From Candidatus Vesicomyidisocius sp. Pext_18_S21 (GTDB lineage Bacteria > Pseudomonadota > Gammaproteobacteria > PS1 > Pseudothioglobaceae): a DNA stretch of 64,000 bases. Shown here in pieces: positions 1 through 10,239 of the stretch. The stretch is from contig CP072535.1 in NCBI GenBank assembly GCA_021730165.1, positions 511,798 through 575,797 of the forward strand, given 5' to 3'. A program made the translations under genes and the position numbers. Below the pieces are notes generated by a model. It saw nothing but the letters and a program-made list of their open reading frames with translations, was not told the origin of the DNA and searched no databases. Every line of letters starts with the position of its first letter. Position 1 is the stretch's first letter.

Positions 1-946
<946 letters not shown>

Positions 947-1909
947 CTATTTAATATTTTTAAAATGACTTTGAGATAAGAATTTCAAATCAAACGAAAA
1001 TCCAGTAGCTGCTCTTGATTTTCCAAAAGACTTACCAATGTCGTTATAACGACCCCCTTGCGCCAAAGCTTTAGAATAATTTTTATTATAAGCTGAAAAC
1101 ACAACACCTGTATGGTATTCATAGGCCTGTAATTCGCTAAGATCAAAAATAGCTTTAATACCCTTTTTAATAAGCTGTTTATCAATGATAATTAAAGTTT
1201 CAATAGCTATTTTAGCTTGTTCAAAATGGTTAAATATTATCAACGCTTTATCTAGAATATCAGAATCTCCCTCTAGTTTTATCAAATGGATAAATAAATC
1301 AGCATTTTTAAGAGTGTTATTATTTAAGAATATAGCTAAATCTGGCATTGATCGACGTGAGAAAATAGCTCTCAAATGTGCTACTGCTTGTATTGATAAA
1401 TCCTCTTGTTTTGTTAAAGAATCAAAAATAGCAACATTACCTAAGATAAGTATGACTGAATCAATTGATAATAGCTTTAAACTTTCCAACATTAATTCAA
1501 TTACCTCAACATCAGATTCAGTTGCATTTGAACCATAGAGCTCAGCTCCTGCCTGAATAGGAGAGCGCGATGCGTAAAAATCATCTGCTTTGGTTTTTAA
1601 AATTGAATTAATATAGCAATATTTTTCAACCGAATCACTACCACGTTTAGCATCAATACGTGCAATTTGTGGAGTAATATCAGCATGAACACCGAGCATT
1701 TTACCACTATTAGGATCTAAGAACTTGAATGTTTTTTCATCAACAACATCATTGGTTAATAAGAGTGAATTAACATGTTCAACCATTGGTGGAATAACCA
1801 AACCAAAACCTTTATCAGCATATAAATCTAAAAGATTACGGCGCAAAGACTCAAAAACCAAAGCTTGGTTATTAGTAAGCTCTTCTATACTTTCAGGCAA
1901 TTGCCACAC
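947..1909 (-). CDS. hisZ: ATP phosphoribosyltransferase regulatory subunit HisZ (short form, 320 aa)
   Basis: MWQLPESIEEL..LRRNLLDLYADKGFGLVIPPMVEH.. and ..GGRYNDIG..RAATGFSFDLK give a HisRS-like class II core with nothing after motif 3. Only 12 nt separate its stop from the purA start. The hflC-hisZ-purA order is conserved. Confidence 0.85.
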   Translation of the reverse strand: MWQLPESIEELTNNQALVFESLRRNLLDLYADKGFGLVIPPMVEHVNSLLLTNDVVDEKTFKFLDPNSGKMLGVHADITPQIARIDAKRGSDSVEKYCYINSILKTKADDFYASRSPIQAGAELYGSNATESDVEVIELMLESLKLLSIDSVILILGNVAIFDSLTKQEDLSIQAVAHLRAIFSRRSMPDLAIFLNNNTLKNADLFIHLIKLEGDSDILDKALIIFNHFEQAKIAIETLIIIDKQLIKKGIKAIFDLSELQAYEYHTGVVFSAYNKNYSKALAQGGRYNDIGKSFGKSRAATGFSFDLKFLSQSHFKNIK

Positions 1910-1921
1910 TCCCGTATCTAA

Positions 1922-2779
1922 TTATTTAATTAGTGGATTAAAGTAACGGAAGAATTCCGTATTTGGATTAAGGATTAAAATATTACCTTGATTAGAGAAT
2001 GACTTTTTATACGACTCTAATGAACGATAAAAAACGTAAAAATCTGAATTCTTACTATAAGCTTTTGCGTAGTTACTTGCGCTAACAGCATCACCCTCAC
2101 CTCTAATTTTCTCAGAATCTCGATAAGCATTTGCCAAAATAATAGTACGTTTTTTATCAGCTGCTGCCTTAATTATTTCAGCTTTCTCTGCTCCCTTAGA
2201 TCTAAACTCTTTAGCTACTCTTTGTCGTTCTGCCTGCATACGACGATAAACTGAATTAGATACCTCTTGTGATAAATCAATTCGTTTAATACGAACATCA
2301 ATAATCTTAATACCAAATTGAGCAATGTCTTTTTTCGCAAGTTTGGCAATGTTTGCCATAATTTCACTACGTTCACCAGAAACAACGTCATTAATAGTAC
2401 GTTTTGAAAATTCACTTTTAAGCCCAGTTTTAATAATTTGAGCTAGACGATTATTAGTTCTAGCTATGCTACCACCTGTTGATTTATAAAACTGCTCAGC
2501 ATCTTCAATTTTCCATTTAACATAAGAATCAACAATCAGATTTTTTTTCTCACCTGTTAAAAATCGTTCAGACGGTGCATTTAAAGTTTGAATACGATTA
2601 TCAAATTTTACAATATTATTAACAAATGGCATTTTAAATTTAAGACCTGGAACTTCCTCAACGCTTACAATTTTACCTAAACGTAATTTAATAACTGTTT
2701 GGGTTTCATTAACTGTGTAGACTGCTGAACTTAATAATAAAAATAAAATAGCAATTAGTGCTAAACCTATTTTTTGCAT
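1922..2779 (-). CDS. hflC: HflC, SPFH/band-7 modulator of FtsH
   Basis: 285 aa with an N-terminal TM helix, an SPFH domain and a charged coiled segment (..RRMQAERQRVAKEFRSKGAEKAE..). Its start overlaps the hflK stop by 1 nt. Confidence 0.92.
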   Translation of the reverse strand: MQKIGLALIAILFLLLSSAVYTVNETQTVIKLRLGKIVSVEEVPGLKFKMPFVNNIVKFDNRIQTLNAPSERFLTGEKKNLIVDSYVKWKIEDAEQFYKSTGGSIARTNNRLAQIIKTGLKSEFSKRTINDVVSGERSEIMANIAKLAKKDIAQFGIKIIDVRIKRIDLSQEVSNSVYRRMQAERQRVAKEFRSKGAEKAEIIKAAADKKRTIILANAYRDSEKIRGEGDAVSASNYAKAYSKNSDFYVFYRSLESYKKSFSNQGNILILNPNTEFFRYFNPLIK

Positions 2780-3948
2780 TATCTGCCTCCTCTATTTCGG
2801 AAAATGTCTCTAACATTACTGCTACCTTGATTGTTTTGTTTTATTGATGGTTCTTGAATAGTAACTTGTACATTTGCTTGTCTAGCATTAATGAGTTTAT
2901 CAATAGGTAAGTACATCATGTTATTAGTATTAGAGTCAACCACGACCTTGATGGTAGCAGCCAGTACGTTTTCCATAGTTTCTCGATATAAACGTTCTTT
3001 AGTAACTATGGGAGCTTTTTCATATTCAGCTAAAATTTGTTTAAAGCGCGAGGTCTCACCTTCTGATTTAGAAACTATTTCAGATTTGTAAGCTTTTGAC
3101 TCCTCAAGCATACGTGCAGCCTTACCACGAGATTTAGGTAAGATATCATTAGCATAAGTTTCTGCTTCGTTAATTAAGCGTTGCTTATCTTCTCGAGCTT
3201 TAACTGCATCAGAAAAAGCAGATTGTACTTGCTCTGGTGGTTGAGCATCTTGCATATTAACTGTGGTTATTAGTAAACCAGTTTTGTATTTATCAAGCAA
3301 ACTTTGAGATTTTATTTTAATATCATCAGCAATATTAACTCGCCCTTCAGTTAAGATGTAATCCATGGTGTTTTGACCAACAATTTGCCGAATAGCGCTT
3401 TCAGAGACGTGACGAAGTGTTGCGTCTGGTTTGACAACATTAAATAAATAATCTTGAACATTATTTATTTTGTATTGAACTGCAAATTTAGCTTCAATCA
3501 TATTTTCATCTTTAGTTAACATTAAAGATTCAGATGAAACATTAGTACCAAAACGTCGATTATTATTAATCCTATTACGATAACCAATTTCAGACGTTCT
3601 AATCTGTTCAACATTAACTCTATTTAAAGTTTCAATTGGATAAGGAATATGCCAATGAGGGCCTTGAGAAGTTTCTTCTTGAAATGCTCCAAAACGCAGT
3701 ATAACTCCTTTTTCAGCAGGGGTAATAATATAAATACCTGATAATAACCAAATAAATATAATCAAAATTAATATATATTTCAAATTACCATTTGAAGTTA
3801 TTTTAGGTGTAATTATATTTGATGATTTCTTACCATTTAAAAAACCATCAAATTTATTTTTCATATCTTTGATTACTTTCTCTAATTCAGGTGGAGTCTG
3901 ATTATTACCATTCCAAGGGTTTTTACTGTTGTTGTCATTCCAAGCCAT
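2779..3948 (-). CDS. hflK: HflK, SPFH/band-7 modulator of FtsH
   Basis: 389 aa with MAWNDNN..PW N-terminus, a single TM helix and an SPFH domain. It is paired with hflC. Confidence 0.92.
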   Translation of the reverse strand: MAWNDNNSKNPWNGNNQTPPELEKVIKDMKNKFDGFLNGKKSSNIITPKITSNGNLKYILILIIFIWLLSGIYIITPAEKGVILRFGAFQEETSQGPHWHIPYPIETLNRVNVEQIRTSEIGYRNRINNNRRFGTNVSSESLMLTKDENMIEAKFAVQYKINNVQDYLFNVVKPDATLRHVSESAIRQIVGQNTMDYILTEGRVNIADDIKIKSQSLLDKYKTGLLITTVNMQDAQPPEQVQSAFSDAVKAREDKQRLINEAETYANDILPKSRGKAARMLEESKAYKSEIVSKSEGETSRFKQILAEYEKAPIVTKERLYRETMENVLAATIKVVVDSNTNNMMYLPIDKLINARQANVQVTIQEPSIKQNNQGSSNVRDIFRNRGGR

Positions 3949-4092
3949 TTTAATTTATGTCTCCAGATATATAGTTAAAATCTGGGGTTATTTTACCTAA
4001 ACTAAAGCAAGCTTATATAACTAATAGGGCAATCTATTATTAATATAATATGATGTTAAAATGACGACATTTGAGAAAATATACAATTTATT

Positions 4093-6303
4093 ATGCAAAA
4101 ACAATTAGCTCTTTGTTTATTACTTGCTTTTTTATCTAGCACTATTAGTGCTAGAAGTTTAATACTAGACTGTAAAAATAACGTCTTACTTTTCCCAAAA
4201 CAAATACTCTCAACTGAAACTAAAGATCTTAATATTCAAGCAAATTATAGTGAAATTTATAAAGGTGATAGTTTATTTTTAAAAGGTAATGTTTCACTAA
4301 ATTCAGGTACTTATTTTCTAAGCGCTGATGAAATCAGTATTAACAAACCTAGCAAAATATCAAAAGCTACTGGCTATGTTAAATTTCAAAACAACGAACT
4401 TATGTTAACTGGTGATAAAGCTATGATTAAAAAACAAGGTGCAATGATTTATACAACTCTAAATCAAGTAAAATTTTACTATCCAGATTTAAAAATAAAT
4501 GGTCGTGCGCAGTTTGTAACTCATGATGGCACTGAACAAATATTCAACTTAGGTAGCTATAGTTTATGCCCGCTAGGTAATTCTGATTGGCAAATGAAGG
4601 CTGATAAAATCATATTGAATCCAACAACCAATAAAGGTATAGCAAAAAATATTACAATTGAATTTTTAGGGATAACTATTTTTTATTCCCCTTATCAAGA
4701 ATGGGTGTTGAAAGGTCGTAGTTCTGGATTTTTAGCACCAATATTTGGTAGTTATAATGAATTAGCTGTTAATGGAGATAGCAACTACCAAGTTAAAATT
4801 CCTTATTATTTTAATATCTCTCCTGATCGTGACTTTTTTTTAATTTTTAACCAATTATCAAGTCGCGGTAGTGTGGTTGAAGGTAAATATCGTCAACTTA
4901 TCATTGACAACAATTATTTAAGTAATGGACGTTTTGAGATTGAGGGGCACTATTTATTAAATAAAGATAAAATTACTAGTAGTAGACGTTGGCTATTAAA
5001 TTCAAAATTAGACTTATCACTTAACACTAAAACTGATTTAAGTATTGTCACTAATCGAGTGTCAGATTCGGATTACTTTAAAGAGATTGCTCATAGCAAC
5101 ACTTCGGATTCAAAATTACGATCTTATGTTAATTTATCTTACAAAAACCAAAAAAAAAATTTAACTATGTCTTTTTTTGTTGAATCAGAACAGCTTATTA
5201 ACAACGGAAACGCTTCGTACACGCGTGTACCAGAGTTATCTTTTAACAAAGAATATAAAGGTTTAGATGGACATAATATTAATTTCTTATTAATTAGTAC
5301 AAAATTTATGCACAAAAACTCAAATACTACAACCAATAAAACCGGAATTCGCACTTACGCGCAAACAAAATTTAGTCGCTCATTAAAAACTAAAAACTAT
5401 TCATTTACCCCAAGTCTGAAATTATCAACAACTAATTATACAGTAGATGATACTGTTCATCAAAAACGAAATATCGTTAGTTTTAACTTTGATTCTAAAT
5501 TTTTCTTAGAAAGAAAAGTATTCTTATTTGATACACATTTAACCCAAACTTTAACCCCAAGATTAGGATACAATTACACACCTAAAAAAGACCAAAGTAC
5601 ATTGCCTAATTTTGATTCGGATGATAAAAATAATTTATACGAAAGTTTATTTTCTGGACAAAAATTTACAGGTATCGATAGGATAGCCAGCGCTAATGAC
5701 CTTATTTTTGGTCTTGAGTCAGACTTTATTAATGAAGAAACAGGCGATACCTATTTAAGTTTAAAAATAGCCCAAGCATATCAATTTGATAATATGAGTA
5801 TGAACAGAAATGGTACTTTGGTTAGCCAAAAAAAATATTCTAATGTTGCCATGTCGGCTAATTTAACGATGCATGATTTTTCTTTTAATAATTCATTACA
5901 GTATAATTCAAGAACTAATAAAATAAGTAAGCGTAATAGTTCAATTAGTTTTATTATAAATTCTAGAAAGTTTTTAACTTTGGCGCATCATAATGATAAT
6001 GGTAATAATTCAGTTGAATTATATAGTGCTTATCCATTAACACAGCAAATACATGTATTTGCTGGTATTAATGGATCTATTAGTAACTCAACTATTAATA
6101 AAGAAACCATGGGTATTGGTTATGAAACTTGTTGTTGGGCGGTACGTTTAGCGTACTTTAAAGAGTATTTAAATGAAAATAATTATGATTATGTGACTAA
6201 ATTTGAGCTAGTACTAAAAGGATTAGCCACTACTTCCTCAAATTTATATAAACGTTTAGAGAAAGATATACCTAATTATTCAGTCAATCTTAATGATTTT
6301 TAA
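4093..6303 (+). CDS. lptD: LPS-assembly outer-membrane protein LptD
   Basis: 736 aa with signal peptide MQKQLALCLLLAFLSSTISA, an OstA-like N-domain and a long beta-barrel region. It is followed directly by surA, as in the E. coli lptD-surA operon. Confidence 0.9.
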   Translation: MQKQLALCLLLAFLSSTISARSLILDCKNNVLLFPKQILSTETKDLNIQANYSEIYKGDSLFLKGNVSLNSGTYFLSADEISINKPSKISKATGYVKFQNNELMLTGDKAMIKKQGAMIYTTLNQVKFYYPDLKINGRAQFVTHDGTEQIFNLGSYSLCPLGNSDWQMKADKIILNPTTNKGIAKNITIEFLGITIFYSPYQEWVLKGRSSGFLAPIFGSYNELAVNGDSNYQVKIPYYFNISPDRDFFLIFNQLSSRGSVVEGKYRQLIIDNNYLSNGRFEIEGHYLLNKDKITSSRRWLLNSKLDLSLNTKTDLSIVTNRVSDSDYFKEIAHSNTSDSKLRSYVNLSYKNQKKNLTMSFFVESEQLINNGNASYTRVPELSFNKEYKGLDGHNINFLLISTKFMHKNSNTTTNKTGIRTYAQTKFSRSLKTKNYSFTPSLKLSTTNYTVDDTVHQKRNIVSFNFDSKFFLERKVFLFDTHLTQTLTPRLGYNYTPKKDQSTLPNFDSDDKNNLYESLFSGQKFTGIDRIASANDLIFGLESDFINEETGDTYLSLKIAQAYQFDNMSMNRNGTLVSQKKYSNVAMSANLTMHDFSFNNSLQYNSRTNKISKRNSSISFIINSRKFLTLAHHNDNGNNSVELYSAYPLTQQIHVFAGINGSISNSTINKETMGIGYETCCWAVRLAYFKEYLNENNYDYVTKFELVLKGLATTSSNLYKRLEKDIPNYSVNLNDF

Positions 6304-6304
6304 A

Positions 6305-7186
6305 ATGAACAAAATTTTATTATTAATTTGTATATTTTCATTTAATATATTTGCTATACCTAATAGTATTATTGCTATTGTTAATGATGATTTAATCACT
6401 TTTGACCAGATTAGTATTGATATTAAACCCAACTATACTAAAGCACAAAAGTTGGCTTTAGTTAATCAACAAATAGATTTAATCTTGCAATTACAAAAAA
6501 TTAAACAACTAAGTATTGTTCCAAACGAAAATGTGATTAATAGTATGTTAGATAATATTGCTTTAAATAACGATTTAAGCTTAATACAATTACAATCTTT
6601 ACCTCAATTTGATAAGGTTATTAATCATGTGAAACAAAATTTATCATTAGAAGGTCTTAAACATTTTATTATTGAAAATCTTAATATTGAACTTACTGAT
6701 GTTGAAATAAGTAAGCAATTATCTACAATTCCTAATCATTTAAATAAGCTAGAGAAGCAAATAAGAATAGCACAAATCACTATTAACTCTATTGACCAAG
6801 TAGATTCAGACCATTTAATTAAAAATCGTTTGATTGATTTAAGTGAGAAAATTAATAAAGGTGATTCATTTTCTATTTTAAAAAAAAACTATTCGCAAGA
6901 TAATTTTTATAAGAATGGCGGTGAATCTAATTGGCTTAATTTATTAAAATTACCAAAAGCTGTTCAACAGAGTTTAAAAGGCCTTTTAATAGGTGAAATA
7001 TCACAGCCATTTAAAATAGGAAAAGTTTGGAGGATTGTTAAAATTATTGATAAACGTAATGTTGACAAATATCTAGTTGAACTTAAAGCTAAATTAATAC
7101 ACCAAAAAGAAGACACTTACTTCTATAATTGGGTTAAAAAAATAAGGAAAGAAGCTTATATTAAGATTTTTGACAATAAGTTATAA
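6305..7186 (+). CDS. surA: periplasmic chaperone SurA, short single-parvulin form
   Basis: ATG 6305 gives signal peptide MNKILLLICIFSFNIFA; an in-frame ATG at 6293 overlaps lptD. There is a SurA N-domain, one parvulin domain (..GDSFSILKKNYSQD..GGESNW..GEISQPFKIGKVWRIVKI..) and a SurA-type tail ..WVKKIRKEAYIKIF. Confidence 0.8.
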   Translation: MNKILLLICIFSFNIFAIPNSIIAIVNDDLITFDQISIDIKPNYTKAQKLALVNQQIDLILQLQKIKQLSIVPNENVINSMLDNIALNNDLSLIQLQSLPQFDKVINHVKQNLSLEGLKHFIIENLNIELTDVEISKQLSTIPNHLNKLEKQIRIAQITINSIDQVDSDHLIKNRLIDLSEKINKGDSFSILKKNYSQDNFYKNGGESNWLNLLKLPKAVQQSLKGLLIGEISQPFKIGKVWRIVKIIDKRNVDKYLVELKAKLIHQKEDTYFYNWVKKIRKEAYIKIFDNKL

Positions 7187-7930
7187 ATGTCGAAATCAAT
7201 CATCATTACTGGATTTCACGCCATTCAGGCGCAGTTAAAATTTAACCCTAAATATTTAATTAAGATTTTTATACTAAATACACGATGTGATAAGCGTTTA
7301 AATACTCTCATCTTCGAGATTAATAATTTTGGTATTAACATTCAACAGTGCACCAAAGTACAACTAGATAAATTAAGTAATTATCAGACTCATCAAGGTA
7401 TTGCAGCTGAAATATTATTACCTGTCCTCCCTAACCAATGTGAACTAATTAATTACGTGTCTAAATTAGATAATACTAGTTTAATTTTGATACTTGATTC
7501 TATTCAAGATCCTAGGAATTTAGGTGCTTGTTTGCGTAGTGCTAATGCAGCTGGAGTTGATTGCGTAGTAATTAATAAAGATGGTTCAGCGTCCATCAGC
7601 GCATTAGTACACAAAACTTCTGCAGGTGCGCTTAATCAGATTAAAATTTTCCAAGTAACCAATCTATCGCGTACTATTAAAGCATTACAACAACAAAATA
7701 TTTGGGTAATTGGTTTAGACGGTTCTGCAAATACCCTGATTTATGAAATAGATTTAACCACGTCAAATGCTATTATTATGGGATCTGAAGGCTTTGGCCT
7801 TAAAAGATTAACCAAACAATCTTGCGACCAACTGGCTAAAATTCCTATGCAAGGTAAAGTAGAAAGTTTAAACGTTTCTGTTGCTACAGGGATAACACTT
7901 TTTGAGATAAATAGACAACGTTTTCTATAG
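7187..7930 (+). CDS. rlmB: SpoU/TrmH-class rRNA 2'-O-methyltransferase, RlmB-like
   Basis: 247 aa with an N-terminal substrate-binding domain plus knot motifs ..DPRNLGACLRSANAAGVD.., ..IMGSEGFGL.. and ..SLNVSVATGI.. Confidence 0.72.
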   Translation: MSKSIIITGFHAIQAQLKFNPKYLIKIFILNTRCDKRLNTLIFEINNFGINIQQCTKVQLDKLSNYQTHQGIAAEILLPVLPNQCELINYVSKLDNTSLILILDSIQDPRNLGACLRSANAAGVDCVVINKDGSASISALVHKTSAGALNQIKIFQVTNLSRTIKALQQQNIWVIGLDGSANTLIYEIDLTTSNAIIMGSEGFGLKRLTKQSCDQLAKIPMQGKVESLNVSVATGITLFEINRQRFL

Positions 7931-8395
7931 TTTTAGGTATGTAAATATTACGCTTACAATATAATCACCTAAACAACGATTAAGAATGAGTTGATAGACT
8001 GCCGTTGAAACGGTTGGTAGTGCTGAGGTAATTTTATCAAGAAATAAAATACCTTGTTTTGCCATTACGCTTTGAATCGGGCAATAATAAAGGAACTGAC
8101 TAGTCAAAACTAAATTACCATTTTTAAACGGTATACCTCCTAATAAGGTCACTAGACTCCATTTGTGATAAGCGAATATAATGATATTAACTTTGTTAAT
8201 ACTTACTATTTAAAAGATGATTTGAGACTTGCTAATTTCTGGTGAATCATATAACATAATAGGTGTATGATAATCTGCATTATTGATGTTAACTCTTTAT
8301 TAAAAATTTTACTGACTTGTCCAGGACGCGTGAATAATTATAAATTATTCAATAATAATTCTATTTTACAGTAATAAAAGATAAAATTACTTAAT

Positions 8396-8674
8396 ATGAT
8401 TACCGTTGATTCTATTTCAAAAACTCCATTTAATTATCCTTGCGACTATTCTATTAAAATATTTGGTAAAAATTGTGAAAAGTTTCAGAATACAATTTGC
8501 GCTATTATTGAATGTCATACGCACAAATTAAATCCTAATAAAATAACAAAAAAGCACAGTTCTAAAGGTAATTATGTGTCTTTCAGTATCCGTATTATTG
8601 CCAATAGTAAAGTCCAATTAGACTCCATTAATCAAGATTTAAAAAACTGCCATTTAGTGTCTTATGTTTTATAA
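8396..8674 (+). CDS. YbeD/DUF493-family small protein
   Basis: 92 aa with the ..YPCDYSIKIFGK.. pattern, in the conserved position directly upstream of lipB. Confidence 0.75.
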   Translation: MITVDSISKTPFNYPCDYSIKIFGKNCEKFQNTICAIIECHTHKLNPNKITKKHSSKGNYVSFSIRIIANSKVQLDSINQDLKNCHLVSYVL

Positions 8675-8680
8675 ATTATT

Positions 8681-9295
8681 ATGCGCGTTATCAATTTAGG
8701 GCTTCAAGACTATTTAAACATCTGGAATAAGATGAAAACATTTACTAATACTCGTGATAAAAATACCAAAGATGAATTATGGATTGTAGAGCACAATCCT
8801 GTATTTACACAAGGTGTTTCTAGTAAACCAGAACATATTTTATCAAAAACTAATATTCCTATTGTTCAAACTGATCGTGGAGGACAAGTTACATATCATG
8901 GTCCTGGTCAATTGATTATTTATTGTCTATTTGATCTTAAACGTCTTGGTATTGGAGTTAAAAAAATTATTGAAATTATTGAAAATTCAATAATTGACTT
9001 ATTAAGAACTTACACCATTAAAGCACATCTAAAATTAGGAGCACCTGGTGTATATATTGATAATGCTAAAATTGCAGCGCTGGGTTTAAGGATTAAACAA
9101 TCAAGAATTTATCATGGTCTGAGTCTTAATATAGATATGGATTTATCTCCATTTATTCAAATTATCCCTTGTGGATATCAAAACCTGAAAGTAACACAAC
9201 TTTGTGATTTAACGGATAATAGAGATACTTTAAATATTATTTCTAAAAAGCTTAGCCAAATACTTATTAAGTATGTTACAAGAAATAGACATTAA
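8681..9295 (+). CDS. lipB: octanoyltransferase LipB
   Basis: 204 aa with ..[13 protein letters not shown].., ..[14 protein letters not shown].. and ..KIAALGLRI.. Confidence 0.92.
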   Translation: MRVINLGLQDYLNIWNKMKTFTNTRDKNTKDELWIVEHNPVFTQGVSSKPEHILSKTNIPIVQTDRGGQVTYHGPGQLIIYCLFDLKRLGIGVKKIIEIIENSIIDLLRTYTIKAHLKLGAPGVYIDNAKIAALGLRIKQSRIYHGLSLNIDMDLSPFIQIIPCGYQNLKVTQLCDLTDNRDTLNIISKKLSQILIKYVTRNRH

Positions 9296-10220
9296 AAGTT
9301 TAAAAGGAAAGTCTAAAGTGGCACGCTTAAAAATTAAGCCTGATGTTAATAGAATAGCTATTAGAAAACCAAAATGGATACGGACCAAGCATATTTTTGG
9401 TTCAAAAGTTGATCATCTAAAAAATATACTTCGGACGCAGAAATTATTTACAGTATGTGAAGAAGCGCAATGCCCAAATTTAGGTGAATGTTTTAATCAT
9501 GGCACTGCCACTTTTATGATTATGGGACAAATTTGTACACGTCGTTGCCCGTTTTGTGACGTTGCTCATGGTAAACCCAGAACGCTTGATATAGATGAAC
9601 CTAAACATTTGGCTGATACCATCAAAAAAATGCAGCTTAAATATGTAGTGATTACTTCAGTAGATAGGGATGATTTACATGATGGAGGTGTTCAACATTT
9701 CAAAATGTGTATTGATAATATCAGATTAAGTACACCAAAAGTTAAGATTGAAATCTTAACTCCAGATTTCAAAGGTAGAATTGATAAAGTACTTAAGGTT
9801 TTTAAATCTTGCCCACCTGATGTCTTTAATCATAATGTGGAGACAGTGCCAAGCTTATATCCAAAAGTTAGACCTGGTGCAAATTATGATCATTCATTGA
9901 AATTACTTCAAAAATTTAAACAACAACACCCTCTTGTTATTAGTAAATCAGGATTAATGTTAGGGGTTGGTGAAAGTGAAAAACAAGTTATCAATGTGTT
10001 AAAGGATTTACGCAGACACAATGTAGACATGCTTACTATAGGTCAATATTTACAGCCAAGTAAACATCATTTATCTGTCGAGGCATATATTCATCCGGAT
10101 CAATTTGATAAATATAAAAAACTTGCCCTTAAATTGGGTTTTATTAGAGTCGCTAGTGGACCCATGGTACGTTCTTCTTATCACGCTAATTTACAAATTA
10201 AGGGCAATTTAATAATTTAG
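9273..10220 (+). CDS. lipA: lipoyl synthase LipA
   Basis: 315 aa with the radical-SAM motif [10 protein letters not shown] and the auxiliary-cluster motif [12 protein letters not shown]. Confidence 0.95.
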   Translation: MLQEIDIKSLKGKSKVARLKIKPDVNRIAIRKPKWIRTKHIFGSKVDHLKNILRTQKLFTVCEEAQCPNLGECFNHGTATFMIMGQICTRRCPFCDVAHGKPRTLDIDEPKHLADTIKKMQLKYVVITSVDRDDLHDGGVQHFKMCIDNIRLSTPKVKIEILTPDFKGRIDKVLKVFKSCPPDVFNHNVETVPSLYPKVRPGANYDHSLKLLQKFKQQHPLVISKSGLMLGVGESEKQVINVLKDLRRHNVDMLTIGQYLQPSKHHLSVEAYIHPDQFDKYKKLALKLGFIRVASGPMVRSSYHANLQIKGNLII

Positions 10221-10239
10221 TGTTGTGTAATAGTTTATA

